Shown here piece after piece: positions 29,620 through 39,340 of a stretch of DNA of 64,000 bases. Within the stretch, counting starts at the first letter, position 1; each line of letters opens with the position of its first letter. The DNA lies in IMG/VR virus record IMGVR_UViG_3300010361_000001; one strand, written 5' to 3'. The DNA is from an uncultured virus (IMG/VR IMGVR_UViG_3300010361_000001). Lineage: Duplodnaviria > Heunggongvirae > Uroviricota > Caudoviricetes. The translations under genes and the position numbers were made by a program. The notes beneath the pieces are model-generated. The model had not been told where the DNA came from, did not search any database, and saw only the letters and a list, made by a program, of their open reading frames with translations.

Positions 29620-30346
29620 TTCAAAACTTCCTCTCTGTTGTCATCGGCGTGGTAGTAGCCACCGGGGATACTACAGCACCCCATACGACCTCGCAAGTCG
29701 GGTCATACATATCAAAGCGAGCAGTTACTAGTGCGCTGACCTGCACTTATACCGAAGCACCGCATTTGGGGGCTGTTCGTGAGTTAGTCACGGGGGGTAC
29801 TACCCCGCATTTCCGCTCTCAACTAAGGCTACCTCCTGGGACCGCCCCGACCACGGAGAGTGGTTAAGGGTGGGGGGGTGGCATGCATGCTTATGCATGC
29901 CTTCCACAGCTATGCACAGGGCTGCATAGCTGCTGGTACGCGATTCCCCCTGCGTAGCAAGGGTTATTCACCCCGTATGCAGTGCTGTGGACAGCATGCA
30001 TACTCATGCACTGCATGTGCATGCACAGGGTACCCTGAGCCTGCTCACTCAGCGTGGTGGACTGTGGGTACGGCCAGGCTACAGACAGGGGGGTCAGGAG
30101 GGTGACTTGATCCCGTACCGATGCAGTGCTAGGGCCTATGGCATGTATGGAGTCATGGCCTCAGTCGTACTGGGGCATGAGGGCGATCCTCACGAGCCAT
30201 GGTGGGCACATGCAAGCGTCAATGGCCTGTATGGCGGCTGTGTGGCCCTGTGTGGTCACCAATCACATGCTTTGATGCAATCACCCATGCGGACCTGTTC
30301 TGTGGCCCCTGGTGGCCTCCTGGGGGCCTTACAGAGGCGTCTGGAC

Positions 30347-30676
30347 CTATGCCTGGTCCTGGGTTTGCACCTGGGGCGTGTAGACGTACTCCTGGCCCAG
30401 GTGAGCTACGCCCTCGATGCGGTACGTGGGGTCGTTGTGCTTGCTGGCCTGCGACCTCTTGCCGTAGTGGGCGTCGAGCATCTGCTCCCGGATGCCGGAG
30501 TGGTCTGCGTAGGCCAGGAAGTCCACCAGGGCACCGTCAGCGAACAGCACCCGGTAGCGGGCGATGGGCACGGGCAGGCAGATGGTCTCCTGGGCCTGGG
30601 TGCCTGGTGCAGCCACAGGCGGCTGTGTGGCCTCTGTGGGCCTGCGTACGGGCCTGGGAGCGCGTGAGGTGGGCAT
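30347..30676 (-). CDS. hypothetical protein
   Basis: TACGTT -10 shortly before ATG. Confidence 0.55.
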   Translation of the reverse strand: MPTSRAPRPVRRPTEATQPPVAAPGTQAQETICLPVPIARYRVLFADGALVDFLAYADHSGIREQMLDAHYGKRSQASKHNDPTYRIEGVAHLGQEYVYTPQVQTQDQA

Positions 30677-30743
30677 GGGGGCACAACGTACAAGAGCCGC
30701 CCCTGGGGGCGGCTCCTGGTGGATCAGATGTGGGTGGGTGGTC

Positions 30744-32279
30744 TCAGGCGATCACCCCCTCCGGCAGGCGGCTCTCACCGTACTTTGCCAGGAGGTGGGC
30801 CAGCAGCTTGGCCTGCACTGCCTTGAAGATCTCGTCCTCCTGCCACTCAGCGATGGAGCCGTCAGCGGCAGCCTTGAAGGTCTCCCACTTGCCAGCGATG
30901 AGATCCTCCAGCCAGGTGTCCACCGTGCCGGGGGCGATGAGCGTGTGGGCGAAGACCACGTCAGCCTCCTGGCCGATGCGGTTGATCCGATCCTCACACT
31001 GCATGACCGCACCGGGGTGCCAGGGCTGCTCGTGGAACAGGCAGTCAGTGACGTTGTGGCCGTTGCCGGTGAACGTGTGACCGAAGCCGTGGGCCTTGAT
31101 CGAGCAGACCAGCACCTGGGCGTCACCCTGGTTGAACTCAGCCTTGGCAGCCTCCAGGCGACCACGCTCCTGCTCAGCCATCAGGTGGATGGTCTTGATC
31201 CCGGCAGCGTTGAGAGCGGCGGCGATCTCGCGCTGGGCCTCGACATGATCGGCCCAAACCACCAGCTTCTTGCCGGGGTTGTCAGCCAGGAACTCGTCCT
31301 GGATCCAGTCCACCGTGGCGTTGATCTTGCAGGAGGCGACCGTCTTGCGGAGGGCACCCAGCAGTTCGATCACGAAGCTGCGGGGGTCACCCGAGCCGGT
31401 GAAGTTCTTCTCGACGTCCCAGTAGCGGTCCAGGTCACCGTTCAGGCTCAGGGGGATGTGCTGGCGTTGGGTCTCCTGCATGTCCAGCACGTCCTTGCGG
31501 AGGCGGCGGATGTAGCAGCGGTTGCGGAGCAGGCTGTTGAGCCGATCAAGGCGGCTGGCCCCCTTGAACTCCCACTTGCCGTAGCTGTTCTTGGTGGCCC
31601 CACAGTAGGTGAACTTGAAGCTGAACTCCCAGTCCCTCTCGGTGGGCTGCCAGTCGGCGGGGGCACCGTAGGGGGCCTTGGGGCGGGGGGTGACATCCTC
31701 CAGGCGACCGATCATCATCAACTGGGCCACCAGTTCCACCGGGCGGTTGAGCAGCGGGGTGCCGGTGAGCAGCAGCACCAGCCCCTTGGCCTGGCGAACA
31801 GCGGCGGCGATCTTCAGGGCAGCCTTGGTCTGCTGGGCCTTGGGATCCTTGACGTTGTGGGACTCGTCAATGACCAGGGCCGTGAAGCCCTCAGTGCTGA
31901 GAGCGGTCTGCCACTTGCTCAGCAGGTTGTAGCTGATGATGGCGACCTGGGCCGTGATCTCGTAGGGGCGGTTGCCACCCAGCACCTGGGTGGTCAGGTC
32001 CGGGAAGGCCAGGTTGATCTCGCGCTCCATGTTGGCCTTGAGGCTGGCCTTGACCACGAAGAGGAACTTGGGGGCCAGGCTGTGGGCCTTGGCGTGCAGG
32101 ACAGCGGTGCCGATGCCCTGGATGGACTTGCCCAGGCCCATCTCGTCTGCGATGAAGCAGCCCTTGCCGTCCTGGGTCTGGAACAGGGCGTAGGCCATGC
32201 CCACGGTCTGGAAAGGCTTGGGCTTGCGATCACCCGTGAAGAGGTGGTCGAAGTTGATCGGTGAGGTAGAAGTAGCCAT
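30744..32279 (-). CDS. SNF2-family helicase/translocase (SMARCAL1-like), leaderless
   Basis: IADEMGLGKS, DESH, LTGTP..NRP, QCEDRINRIGQ. Confidence 0.9.
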   Translation of the reverse strand: MATSTSPINFDHLFTGDRKPKPFQTVGMAYALFQTQDGKGCFIADEMGLGKSIQGIGTAVLHAKAHSLAPKFLFVVKASLKANMEREINLAFPDLTTQVLGGNRPYEITAQVAIISYNLLSKWQTALSTEGFTALVIDESHNVKDPKAQQTKAALKIAAAVRQAKGLVLLLTGTPLLNRPVELVAQLMMIGRLEDVTPRPKAPYGAPADWQPTERDWEFSFKFTYCGATKNSYGKWEFKGASRLDRLNSLLRNRCYIRRLRKDVLDMQETQRQHIPLSLNGDLDRYWDVEKNFTGSGDPRSFVIELLGALRKTVASCKINATVDWIQDEFLADNPGKKLVVWADHVEAQREIAAALNAAGIKTIHLMAEQERGRLEAAKAEFNQGDAQVLVCSIKAHGFGHTFTGNGHNVTDCLFHEQPWHPGAVMQCEDRINRIGQEADVVFAHTLIAPGTVDTWLEDLIAGKWETFKAAADGSIAEWQEDEIFKAVQAKLLAHLLAKYGESRLPEGVIA

Positions 32280-32296
32280 GTCCCCCAGGGTAGCGG

Positions 32297-32330
32297 ATCC
32301 ACATGGGTGAGCGGCGTCACCCATGTGGAT
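32297..32330 (-). promoter_or_regulatory. 14-6-14 inverted-repeat promoter element
   Basis: ATCCACATGGGTGA-N6-TCACCCATGTGGAT, then 4 nt, TACCCT, 7 nt, ATG. Confidence 0.85.
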
Positions 32331-32344
32331 TTTCTCGGCGGTCA

Positions 32345-33397
32345 TCAGAGGATCTCGTTCAGCATCATGACGAACGAGGCGGGCAGGTCTTCAGGGCTGC
32401 CACAGCGGCTCACAGCGTTCATCACCGTGTCCAGGTCAGCCTGGGCCAGGGCAGAGGCATCCTGGGCCACCAGGACAGCCTGAGCGGCCTCACAGGCGGC
32501 TCTGGCCTCAGGAGCCACCACCAGTCCGAACCGGGTGGCGAAGGCCAGCACATCGGGCGTGGGGTTGGCACTGTTGGCGTACAGGCTGCGGACGAACGAG
32601 CGACCAGGCAGGTCGCGTACAGCGTCGGCAGCAGGCTGCCCAGGGGCGGTCAGGTTGGTCTTGATGATGATGCGACCGTCCACCAGGGTGACCTCAGCCG
32701 GGGCCTCCTGGACCACAGGCTCAGGCGACCAGGCGGGCACCTCAGGCTCAGGGGTGGGAGCAGGGGCCTGGGGGGCATGGGCCTCAGGCTGGGGCAGGTC
32801 GGTGGGCACCTCCACCTTGGGGGCCTCAGCCCACTTGCCAGCACAGACAGGGCCGATGCCAGCAGCGATGCTGCCCTCATCGGTCAGGGTGCGACCACAG
32901 ACCATGCAGCGACCGTAGAGGTGGCCCAGGGACTTGGCGATCTCCAGGGTCAGGGGCTGGACGGTGCCGTCAGCCATGCCCTTGCGGATGGTGCCGATGG
33001 CCCCACTGACGTAGACGAACGAGCCTGACTCAGTGTTCAGCACCTTGGCGTACTGGTTGCCAGAGCCATGCACGGCGACCTGGACTTTCCAGACGCGTTG
33101 CCCATCGGTGTAGAAGCCGTCCTGCACCTCAGCCTTGGCCGGGGCGGCAGCCTTGGGGCGACGGTTGACGTCAGCCCTCCAGCAGTTCAGGACACCCTTG
33201 GCCTTGCCGACCGACAGCCCACGAGGGCCACGGGCGTCAGCCCTCATGTCCAGCATGAAGTCGAAGCTGCCGGTGTAGGCGACAGCCCAGGCAGTAGCTG
33301 CCTGGCGTAGCTCCTCAGTCACGTCAGTGACCTCAACCTTGCGGTCCAGGCTGGCGAGCCAGCCCTCAATCTGTGCGGTGGTGGGTTCCGTAGCCAT
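32345..33397 (-). CDS. DUF6011-like Zn-finger protein, leaderless
   Basis: CMVCGRTLTDEGSIAAGIGPVCA. Confidence 0.8.
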   Translation of the reverse strand: MATEPTTAQIEGWLASLDRKVEVTDVTEELRQAATAWAVAYTGSFDFMLDMRADARGPRGLSVGKAKGVLNCWRADVNRRPKAAAPAKAEVQDGFYTDGQRVWKVQVAVHGSGNQYAKVLNTESGSFVYVSGAIGTIRKGMADGTVQPLTLEIAKSLGHLYGRCMVCGRTLTDEGSIAAGIGPVCAGKWAEAPKVEVPTDLPQPEAHAPQAPAPTPEPEVPAWSPEPVVQEAPAEVTLVDGRIIIKTNLTAPGQPAADAVRDLPGRSFVRSLYANSANPTPDVLAFATRFGLVVAPEARAACEAAQAVLVAQDASALAQADLDTVMNAVSRCGSPEDLPASFVMMLNEIL

Positions 33398-33413
33398 GGC
33401 TCCATGGTAGGTC

Positions 33414-33447
33414 ATCGGCATGGACATGTGGCATCACCCATGCGGTT
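33414..33447 (-). promoter_or_regulatory. 14-6-14 inverted-repeat promoter element
   Basis: CCGCATGGGTGA-N6-ATGTCCATGCCGAT, 4 nt, TACCAT, 6 nt, ATG. Confidence 0.8.
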
Positions 33448-33578
33448 TTTTTCGGGGTCGGTGAGCGGGGTCGGTGAGTCTCGGAGTCCCAACGGGGTCA
33501 CGAGAGGCAGCATACCAGTGCGAGCATTGGTATGTGAGGTCACCCCCTGGGATTTCTCCCAGGGGGCGTGGCTACACC

Positions 33579-33791
33579 TCACCCCACAGGGGTCTTGGGA
33601 GCCTCCGGGACCGTGAGGCCCAGGGCGCGCATGGTCAGTTCCACCTGGAAGACCTGGCGTTGCGCCTCCAGGGTCTCTTCGGGCGTGGCGTGCTTCAGGG
33701 CAGCGATGCCACGGTTGGTCTTGAGCAGGGCGCACAGGGCCTCGTTGACCACGTTGGCCTGCTCCAGGCTCAGCTTGACGTTGACTTGCAT
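33579..33791 (-). CDS. hypothetical protein
   Basis: SD GGAGGTGA. Confidence 0.6.
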   Translation of the reverse strand: MQVNVKLSLEQANVVNEALCALLKTNRGIAALKHATPEETLEAQRQVFQVELTMRALGLTVPEAPKTPVG

Positions 33792-33805
33792 TCGATTCAC
33801 CTCCC

Positions 33806-34090
33806 TCACCAGTCCCAGCGGTTCAGTCTGTCCCACCCCTGTGACAGGCACAGCCGGTGGACCTCGTCCTCCAGCACCTCCTGCACAGCGGTGTCGTACA
33901 CCTCAGGGTGGCCCTTGCCGTCAGCCTGGTAGGCCACGTACTTCAGCCCCAGGCGGATGCGGTCAGGCAGGGTCTCCCTGGTCACCTGGCCCATGCGGAC
34001 CTCAGCGATGATCATCTGCACCACGCGCTGGACAGCGATGTCCCCCTCATCGGAGAACATGCCGAAGCGGGGGAAATCGCGCCCAGGCAT
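33806..34090 (-). CDS. hypothetical protein
   Basis: TGATG-coupled. Confidence 0.65.
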   Translation of the reverse strand: MPGRDFPRFGMFSDEGDIAVQRVVQMIIAEVRMGQVTRETLPDRIRLGLKYVAYQADGKGHPEVYDTAVQEVLEDEVHRLCLSQGWDRLNRWDW

Positions 34091-34497
34091 CAGCGGCTCA
34101 GGCTCTCATAGGCAGCCCAGGTCTCAAACCGGTCATGGATGGCGATGGCCGAGTGGCTCTTGCCACCCAGGGCACGCACAGCGTCACCCCAGCGGCTGTC
34201 AGAGGTGCTGGCGTAGTTGCCTCCGAACATGGGACCACAGTGATCCTTGGTGTCACGAGGGGCAGCGGTCCAGACCCCGAACTCGTCCTGGTAGGCGGGC
34301 ACCAGGATGACCGTGTTGCCCTGGCCCTTGACCAGGACCACCGGGGCGGTCTCGTCGTCAGGGTCAAAGGGGCCTGAGACGTTCATGACGCACAGGCGGG
34401 GGTAGAGGCTGGAGATCCCACCGTTGGTGGCATCGTTGGGCCATTGGCGGCTGTAGGCGGTCTCAGCCTGGCGGTAAACAGAGACGATGAGTCCCAT
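34090..34497 (-). CDS. hypothetical phage protein
   Basis: GPMFGGNYASTSDSRW...IHDRFE; SD GAAAGGA. Confidence 0.75.
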   Translation of the reverse strand: MGLIVSVYRQAETAYSRQWPNDATNGGISSLYPRLCVMNVSGPFDPDDETAPVVLVKGQGNTVILVPAYQDEFGVWTAAPRDTKDHCGPMFGGNYASTSDSRWGDAVRALGGKSHSAIAIHDRFETWAAYESLSR

Positions 34498-34549
34498 GGT
34501 TGTCGGTCCTTTCGGGTGGTAGATGTAGCGACAGGGGGAATGCTAGCGG

Positions 34550-34583
34550 GTCCACATGGACATGTGGTGTCAGGTATGCGGAT
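34550..34583 (-). promoter_or_regulatory. 14-6-14 inverted-repeat promoter element
   Basis: ATCCGCATACCTGA-CACCAC-ATGTCCATGTGGAC, 4 nt, TAGCAT. Confidence 0.8.
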
Positions 34584-34728
34584 TTTCTGGCAGGCGGGCA
34601 GGGTGGTGGTAGCCATCCCTGGACGAGTCACACACGGACTCGTCCAGGTTGAGGCGGCGATCGGTGGCGAGCCAGGTGGTGGCCTGGAACTCGATGTCCT
34701 CACCACAGTGACGGCAGAAGTCGGTCAC
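34570..34728 (-). CDS. small CxxC protein (52 aa)
   Basis: MTDFCRHCGEDIEF...; GTGA-coupled; translated by hand. Confidence 0.5.
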   Translation of the reverse strand: MTDFCRHCGEDIEFQATTWLATDRRLNLDESVCDSSRDGYHHPARLPENPHT

Positions 34729-34943
34729 GCGTGGCACTCCCTGGGGCAGGTAGCTCCGGTGGAGGTGCCGTTGACGGCGGTCACGGTCTTGCCACAGAAA
34801 CAGGTGGTGATGAACCGGGACATGGGGCCAGTCACCATGGGGCGACCCCGGTGGGCGGGGCAGTTCACGGTGCGGTCAGCAGGCGATGCCTCAAAGGTGG
34901 CACCGCACTTGCGACAGGTGCGGGGGCGGCGGAACGTGGTCAT
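34725..34943 (-). CDS. small Cys-rich protein
   Basis: CRKCG, CFCG, CPREC; SD GGAGG. Confidence 0.6.
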   Translation of the reverse strand: MTTFRRPRTCRKCGATFEASPADRTVNCPAHRGRPMVTGPMSRFITTCFCGKTVTAVNGTSTGATCPRECHA

Positions 34944-34988
34944 GGGAACCTCCAGGGGTGGTAGTGGGTAGCAAGTACACGGTACAGG

Positions 34989-35022
34989 ATCCGCATGGAT
35001 GAGTGGTGTCACCCATGCGGAT
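34989..35022 (-). promoter_or_regulatory. 14-6-14 inverted-repeat promoter element
   Basis: ATCCGCATGGGTGA-CACCAC-TCATCCATGCGGAT, 4 nt, TACCGT. Confidence 0.85.
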
Positions 35023-35047
35023 CCTTAGGATTTTATCAGGATGTCTG

Positions 35048-35644
35048 TCAGGCGACCACCCCCTCCACGAAGCAGTCGGAGATCTTCTTCCACGAGTGGG
35101 TGTAGCCCACCCGATCCTGCCAGGACACCTCGCGCCGACGCATGACGTCGTCCAGGCTGGCCTGGGCACCACGGGCGAGGCGGGCCTCAAAGCCCTCCTC
35201 CTCAACCTCTGCCAGCTTGTCAGCGTTCTTGACGAGGTATTCCTGGTCACGCACCTTGGTCCCAGCGTTGTAGTTCCAGCCGTACTTGGCCGTGGCGTCA
35301 CGGGACTCGTCAATGAGGAACAGGTAGTTGCTGGTGAACGTGGGGCGATACTCAGCGATGTGAGCCTCCAGGGTGGTGGGACGAGCCAGGCAGCGAGCCA
35401 GACCGTCCTGGGCCTCCTTGATGGCACCAGGCGTGGTGAACAGGACATGCACACGGGTCTTGGTCACCTCAGTGACCACGCCCACGCGCTGCTTGTTGTG
35501 GCCCCAGCAGGAGATCACCTGGCCCACCTGGACTTGACCAGGCGTGGCAGGCACCCACCCAGCGGGGGGACCAGTCAGGGAGGCGACGACACTCAGTGCC
35601 TGAGCCTCAAGTTCGGGGGTGATTGGGTTCGTCTTCGTAGCCAT
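35048..35644 (-). CDS. hypothetical protein, leaderless
   Basis: TACCAT-N6-ATGGCTAC. Confidence 0.7.
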   Translation of the reverse strand: MATKTNPITPELEAQALSVVASLTGPPAGWVPATPGQVQVGQVISCWGHNKQRVGVVTEVTKTRVHVLFTTPGAIKEAQDGLARCLARPTTLEAHIAEYRPTFTSNYLFLIDESRDATAKYGWNYNAGTKVRDQEYLVKNADKLAEVEEEGFEARLARGAQASLDDVMRRREVSWQDRVGYTHSWKKISDCFVEGVVA

Positions 35645-36032
35645 GACTGCATGGTACAGCACATGGACCGTGTCACACGTTCAGGTGGGCAGATTTCTCC
35701 AGATTTCTTTCCTGGGCCTGCCCAGCTACATGGAATGCATCGAGTCCACATGGAAGCTGTAACACGTTCATGTACCTGCCAAACAGGGGGATTTCCCTTG
35801 TGGCGTAAGGGTTTCTCGACACATTGTGCGATTGTGAAATGCCCCAGGAGGCTCTAGGAGCCTCACGCGAGGGTGGTTGGTGCTTGGAGGGGGTCTGTGA
35901 CCTCACAGGGCCGTACAGGGGCCTCTCAGGGCATTCCAGCAGGAGTCTGCATGGACCAGTGCCACTGTTCATGTGACCGATGACACATCAACCTGACACC
36001 ACAACCATGCGGCTGACCTGTACCTTGTCCCC

Positions 36033-36878
36033 ATGGCTACGAAGCAACGACATCAGGGGCGCATCACCATGCCCCCCATCCCGGACCTGTCCAGGTATCA
36101 CTGGATCCTCGTCAACAGCAGTGCTGGCAAGGACTCCCAGGCGATGCTGGACTACATCGTCTCGCTCGCTGACGCCCAGGGCGTCTCGCGTGACCGCATC
36201 GTGGTCGTTCACTGCGACCTGGGTCGCGTCGAGTGGGAGGGCACCGCTGAGCTAGCGGCTGAGCAGGCTGCCCACTACGGACTGCGTTTCGAGATCGTGC
36301 GCCGTGACCTGGGCGACCTGCTGACCCAGGTGGAGACCCGCCACGCCACCAACGTCGCCAAGGGCAAGGACATCGCTGCCTGGCCGTCGAGCAAGGCTCG
36401 CTGGTGTACCTCTGATCAGAAGACCGCCCAGGTGCTGAAGCTGATCACGCGCCTGACCGATGAGGTCTACCGGGGCCATCAGATCCGCATCCTGAACTGC
36501 CTGGGCATCCGGGCGCAGGAGTCGGTCGCTCGCTCGCAGAAGCTGGCCTGGGAGAAAGACCCCAAGGCATGCAACGGCAAGCGTGACGTGGACCGCTGGC
36601 TGCCCATCTTCGACTGGACTGAGGATCAGGTGTGGGACCGGATCCATGCCTCTGGCGTGCGCTACCACCGTGCGTACGACCTGGGCATGAGCCGCCTGTC
36701 CTGCTGCTTCTGTGTCCTCGCCAGCAAGCCTGACCTGCTCATCGCTGCCACCCACAACAAGGGCCTGGCCCAGGAGTACCTGGCCGTCGAGAACAAGACG
36801 GGCAAGCGCTTCACCCAGGCTCTGTCCATCGCTGAGATCATCGAGGCGGCTGCCCGTGCGGAGAGTGTCTCCGCATAG
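36033..36878 (+). CDS. PAPS reductase-family protein, leaderless
   Basis: PP-loop SSAGKDS, RWCTSDQK, GIRAQES..R, LPIFDW, RLSCCFC. Confidence 0.9.
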   Translation: MATKQRHQGRITMPPIPDLSRYHWILVNSSAGKDSQAMLDYIVSLADAQGVSRDRIVVVHCDLGRVEWEGTAELAAEQAAHYGLRFEIVRRDLGDLLTQVETRHATNVAKGKDIAAWPSSKARWCTSDQKTAQVLKLITRLTDEVYRGHQIRILNCLGIRAQESVARSQKLAWEKDPKACNGKRDVDRWLPIFDWTEDQVWDRIHASGVRYHRAYDLGMSRLSCCFCVLASKPDLLIAATHNKGLAQEYLAVENKTGKRFTQALSIAEIIEAAARAESVSA

Positions 36879-36964
36879 GCAGGCTCGCCCTGACATGTAA
36901 TCGTCCCACCCATCTGATACTCTGTACCTGGCTACACCACTACCACCCCGAAAGGACCACTGCA

Positions 36965-37339
36965 ATGCCCACCGAGACCCTCCAGGACTTCCTGGACACC
37001 TACAACGAGGGAGACGTCCACAACCTGATCACGGTTGACGTCCCCCAGTCCACCAACGACACCTACTCCCCGTTCATCCTGGTGCGCTTCGGCAAGTTCG
37101 CTGCCATCATCAACCCCCAGGGGCTGGGCAACGAGGATGACCCCAAGCGCCACCTGTCCATCGACATCCACAGCTTCGTGGATGGCAAGGACGCCACCGC
37201 TGGCGTCTTCACCATGGGCAATGGCCGTCGCCACACGCTGGAGACCACTGGCACCACCAGCCACGGCTGGGCCTCTGCCCCCCTCGTGGTGGCCCTCATC
37301 GGCGCCCAGGGCGTCGAGGATGACGACGACGAGTCATGA
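36965..37339 (+). CDS. hypothetical protein
   Basis: GGCTAC...CTACCAC leader, SD GAAAGGA. Confidence 0.7.
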   Translation: MPTETLQDFLDTYNEGDVHNLITVDVPQSTNDTYSPFILVRFGKFAAIINPQGLGNEDDPKRHLSIDIHSFVDGKDATAGVFTMGNGRRHTLETTGTTSHGWASAPLVVALIGAQGVEDDDDES

Positions 37340-37641
37340 GCGCTGACGACTTCACCCACGCGTTCAAGACCTTCATGGGCCTTCCCCCTGCCAAGGGGGA
37401 GGCGCCCGTGTGCGGTGCGGTGCTGACCGACGCCTATGACTTCCCTGGCGTCGAGCGGCCCGTCTGCCCGCAGTGCCAGGCAGCCATGACACCGCCTGAT
37501 CAGGTGCCCTACACCATCCCTGACTCCCGTGGCAACCGTGTGCGGGTGGAGGGCTGCGACCGCTGTGTCTGCGGCTGCAAGTACTGGGAGAACGACCGCT
37601 GCATCGACTGTGGCGGCACAGAAATCCAACCGACCGACTGA
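37336..37641 (+). CDS. Cys-rich hypothetical protein
   Basis: CDRCVCGCKYWENDRCIDC. Confidence 0.65.
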   Translation: MSADDFTHAFKTFMGLPPAKGEAPVCGAVLTDAYDFPGVERPVCPQCQAAMTPPDQVPYTIPDSRGNRVRVEGCDRCVCGCKYWENDRCIDCGGTEIQPTD

Positions 37642-37665
37642 AGAACAGGAGCTACACCTACCACC

Positions 37666-38646
37666 ATGGCAAAGACCACCTACGTCAAGGCTGCACAGCA
37701 GCGATACGAAATGGTCCCGGTGATCGACCCCGAGACCGGCAAGCAGAAGCAGACCCCTGTCATGCGAAATGGCAAGCAGCGGGTCACCAAGACGGGGCGC
37801 CCCATTTTCATGAGCGTGACCGTCGCTGACAAGACCAAGCCCCTGCCCAACTACAAGTGCGGCAAGTGCGGCTGTGAGATCAAGGTGGGAGACCCCTACA
37901 AGCACATCACCCCCAAGTCAGGCCCCTACGGCGGTCGGACCATGCGGCGCTGTGCCTCCTGCCCCCAGTGGCAGGTATGGGAGTACTCGTCCAGCCTGAG
38001 CGCTCGCGTGGCTGAGATCAGCCATGACTTCTGGAACGAGGTTGACAACGCCAGCGATGCGGATGAGGTGCAGGAGTGCCTCAACAGCGCCGCTGAGCGG
38101 GTGCGTGAGATCGCTGAGGAAAAGCGTGAGGGTGCCTCCAACATCGAGGACGGCTTCGGTCACAGCACCTACCAGTCAGACGAACTCAACGACGTGGCTG
38201 ACCAGTTGGACTCCTGGGCCGATGACATCGAGTCGGCTGACATCCCTGACTACCCCGAAGCTGAAGAGCATGACTGCGATGACTGCGAGGGATCCGGGGA
38301 AGTCGACAACGACCAGTACGAGCTACTCCATGACAAGCAGGAAGAGACCCAGGTGGCCCTGGAGGCTTTCCGGAGGCGGCTGACCCTGCTCAATGCCATC
38401 CAGGTGCCCCTGTCCCCCCAGGCGGCGGCTGAGCGGAAGAAGCTGCTGGAGGTGACCATCCCAGCCCTGGTAAAGGAACTGGAGGCCGTTGAAGCCCTCC
38501 TGCTGGAGACTGAGGCCCAGGTGTCCTGTGAGACCTGTGACGGCACCGGACGCGTCGAGGATGACGAACCCACCGTCGAGCAGGTAGACGAGTGGAAAGA
38601 GGAAGTCCAGGGCAACCTGAGCATCGTGGACGAGTGCCCGGTATGA
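37666..38646 (+). CDS. hypothetical protein with CxxC/CxxCxGxG motifs
   Basis: CGKCG, CDDCEGSG, CETCDGTG. Confidence 0.75.
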   Translation: MAKTTYVKAAQQRYEMVPVIDPETGKQKQTPVMRNGKQRVTKTGRPIFMSVTVADKTKPLPNYKCGKCGCEIKVGDPYKHITPKSGPYGGRTMRRCASCPQWQVWEYSSSLSARVAEISHDFWNEVDNASDADEVQECLNSAAERVREIAEEKREGASNIEDGFGHSTYQSDELNDVADQLDSWADDIESADIPDYPEAEEHDCDDCEGSGEVDNDQYELLHDKQEETQVALEAFRRRLTLLNAIQVPLSPQAAAERKKLLEVTIPALVKELEAVEALLLETEAQVSCETCDGTGRVEDDEPTVEQVDEWKEEVQGNLSIVDECPV

Positions 38647-39281
38647 GCTACGACACCAGCTACATCGGTGCCCACCGGGGCACCATCATCACCCAGGCTG
38701 AGGGTGCAGGGTCCAACTTCGGTTGGTCCTGCACCTGTGGCCGGAAGTGCAACGTGGCGACCCTGGATGAGCGGAGCGTCGTCACCTCGTTTGCCAGGCA
38801 TGCCCATGAGGAACTGGAGCATGCGGCTGTGGACCTGATCCTGAGCAATCGACCCAAGACCAGGGCTGTCATGTTCAGCCTGGAGGCCCAGGGCAAGAGG
38901 CTCCAGGCAGAGGGCAAGACTGACCAGGGGAACCTCCTGATCCTGGCCTCCAGCAAGCTGAACAGTCAGCTAGCGGAAGCCTGGGAAGAGCAGTACAACA
39001 ACCTGGAGTGGCACCCCTGGCCTGACGACACTGCCATCACTGACCATACGGGCATGGCTGCCGAAGTCATGGCTGGCATGTACTCCCAGGACTACTGGAT
39101 GTACACCCACAAGGATGGCGAGCAGTGGACCTGGGAGACCTGGAGGCACACTCACAGGGACGAGGAATGGCGTGTGGCCCAGGGTGAGGCTCCCACCCGT
39201 GGAGAGGCACAGCGGGCCTCCTGGGAGGCTCTCGTGGCCCACCAGGAGCAGCTTGAGGATGAGCAGGAGGAACCCTTCTAG
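38643..39281 (+). CDS. hypothetical protein
   Basis: ATGA-coupled. Confidence 0.65.
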   Translation: MSYDTSYIGAHRGTIITQAEGAGSNFGWSCTCGRKCNVATLDERSVVTSFARHAHEELEHAAVDLILSNRPKTRAVMFSLEAQGKRLQAEGKTDQGNLLILASSKLNSQLAEAWEEQYNNLEWHPWPDDTAITDHTGMAAEVMAGMYSQDYWMYTHKDGEQWTWETWRHTHRDEEWRVAQGEAPTRGEAQRASWEALVAHQEQLEDEQEEPF

Positions 39282-39289
39282 CAGAAAAT

Positions 39290-39323
39290 ATCCGCATGGG
39301 TGATGACACATACCCATGCGGAT
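39290..39323 (+). promoter_or_regulatory. 14-6-14 inverted-repeat promoter element
   Basis: ATCCGCATGGGTGA-TGACAC-ATACCCATGCGGAT, 4 nt, TAAGGT, 7 nt, ATG. Confidence 0.85.
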
Positions 39324-39340
39324 CTGCTAAGGTGACACCC

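Noticed and set aside
30564..32264. 566-aa plus-strand ORF
   Set aside because: Antisense shadow of the SNF2 helicase, a high-GC artefact; the same applies to 42806-43840(-) and 59370-60386(-)
34606..34617. ATGGCTACCACC on the minus strand as another leaderless start
   Set aside because: Lies inside the 34570-34728 ORF (DGYHH) with no -10 upstream
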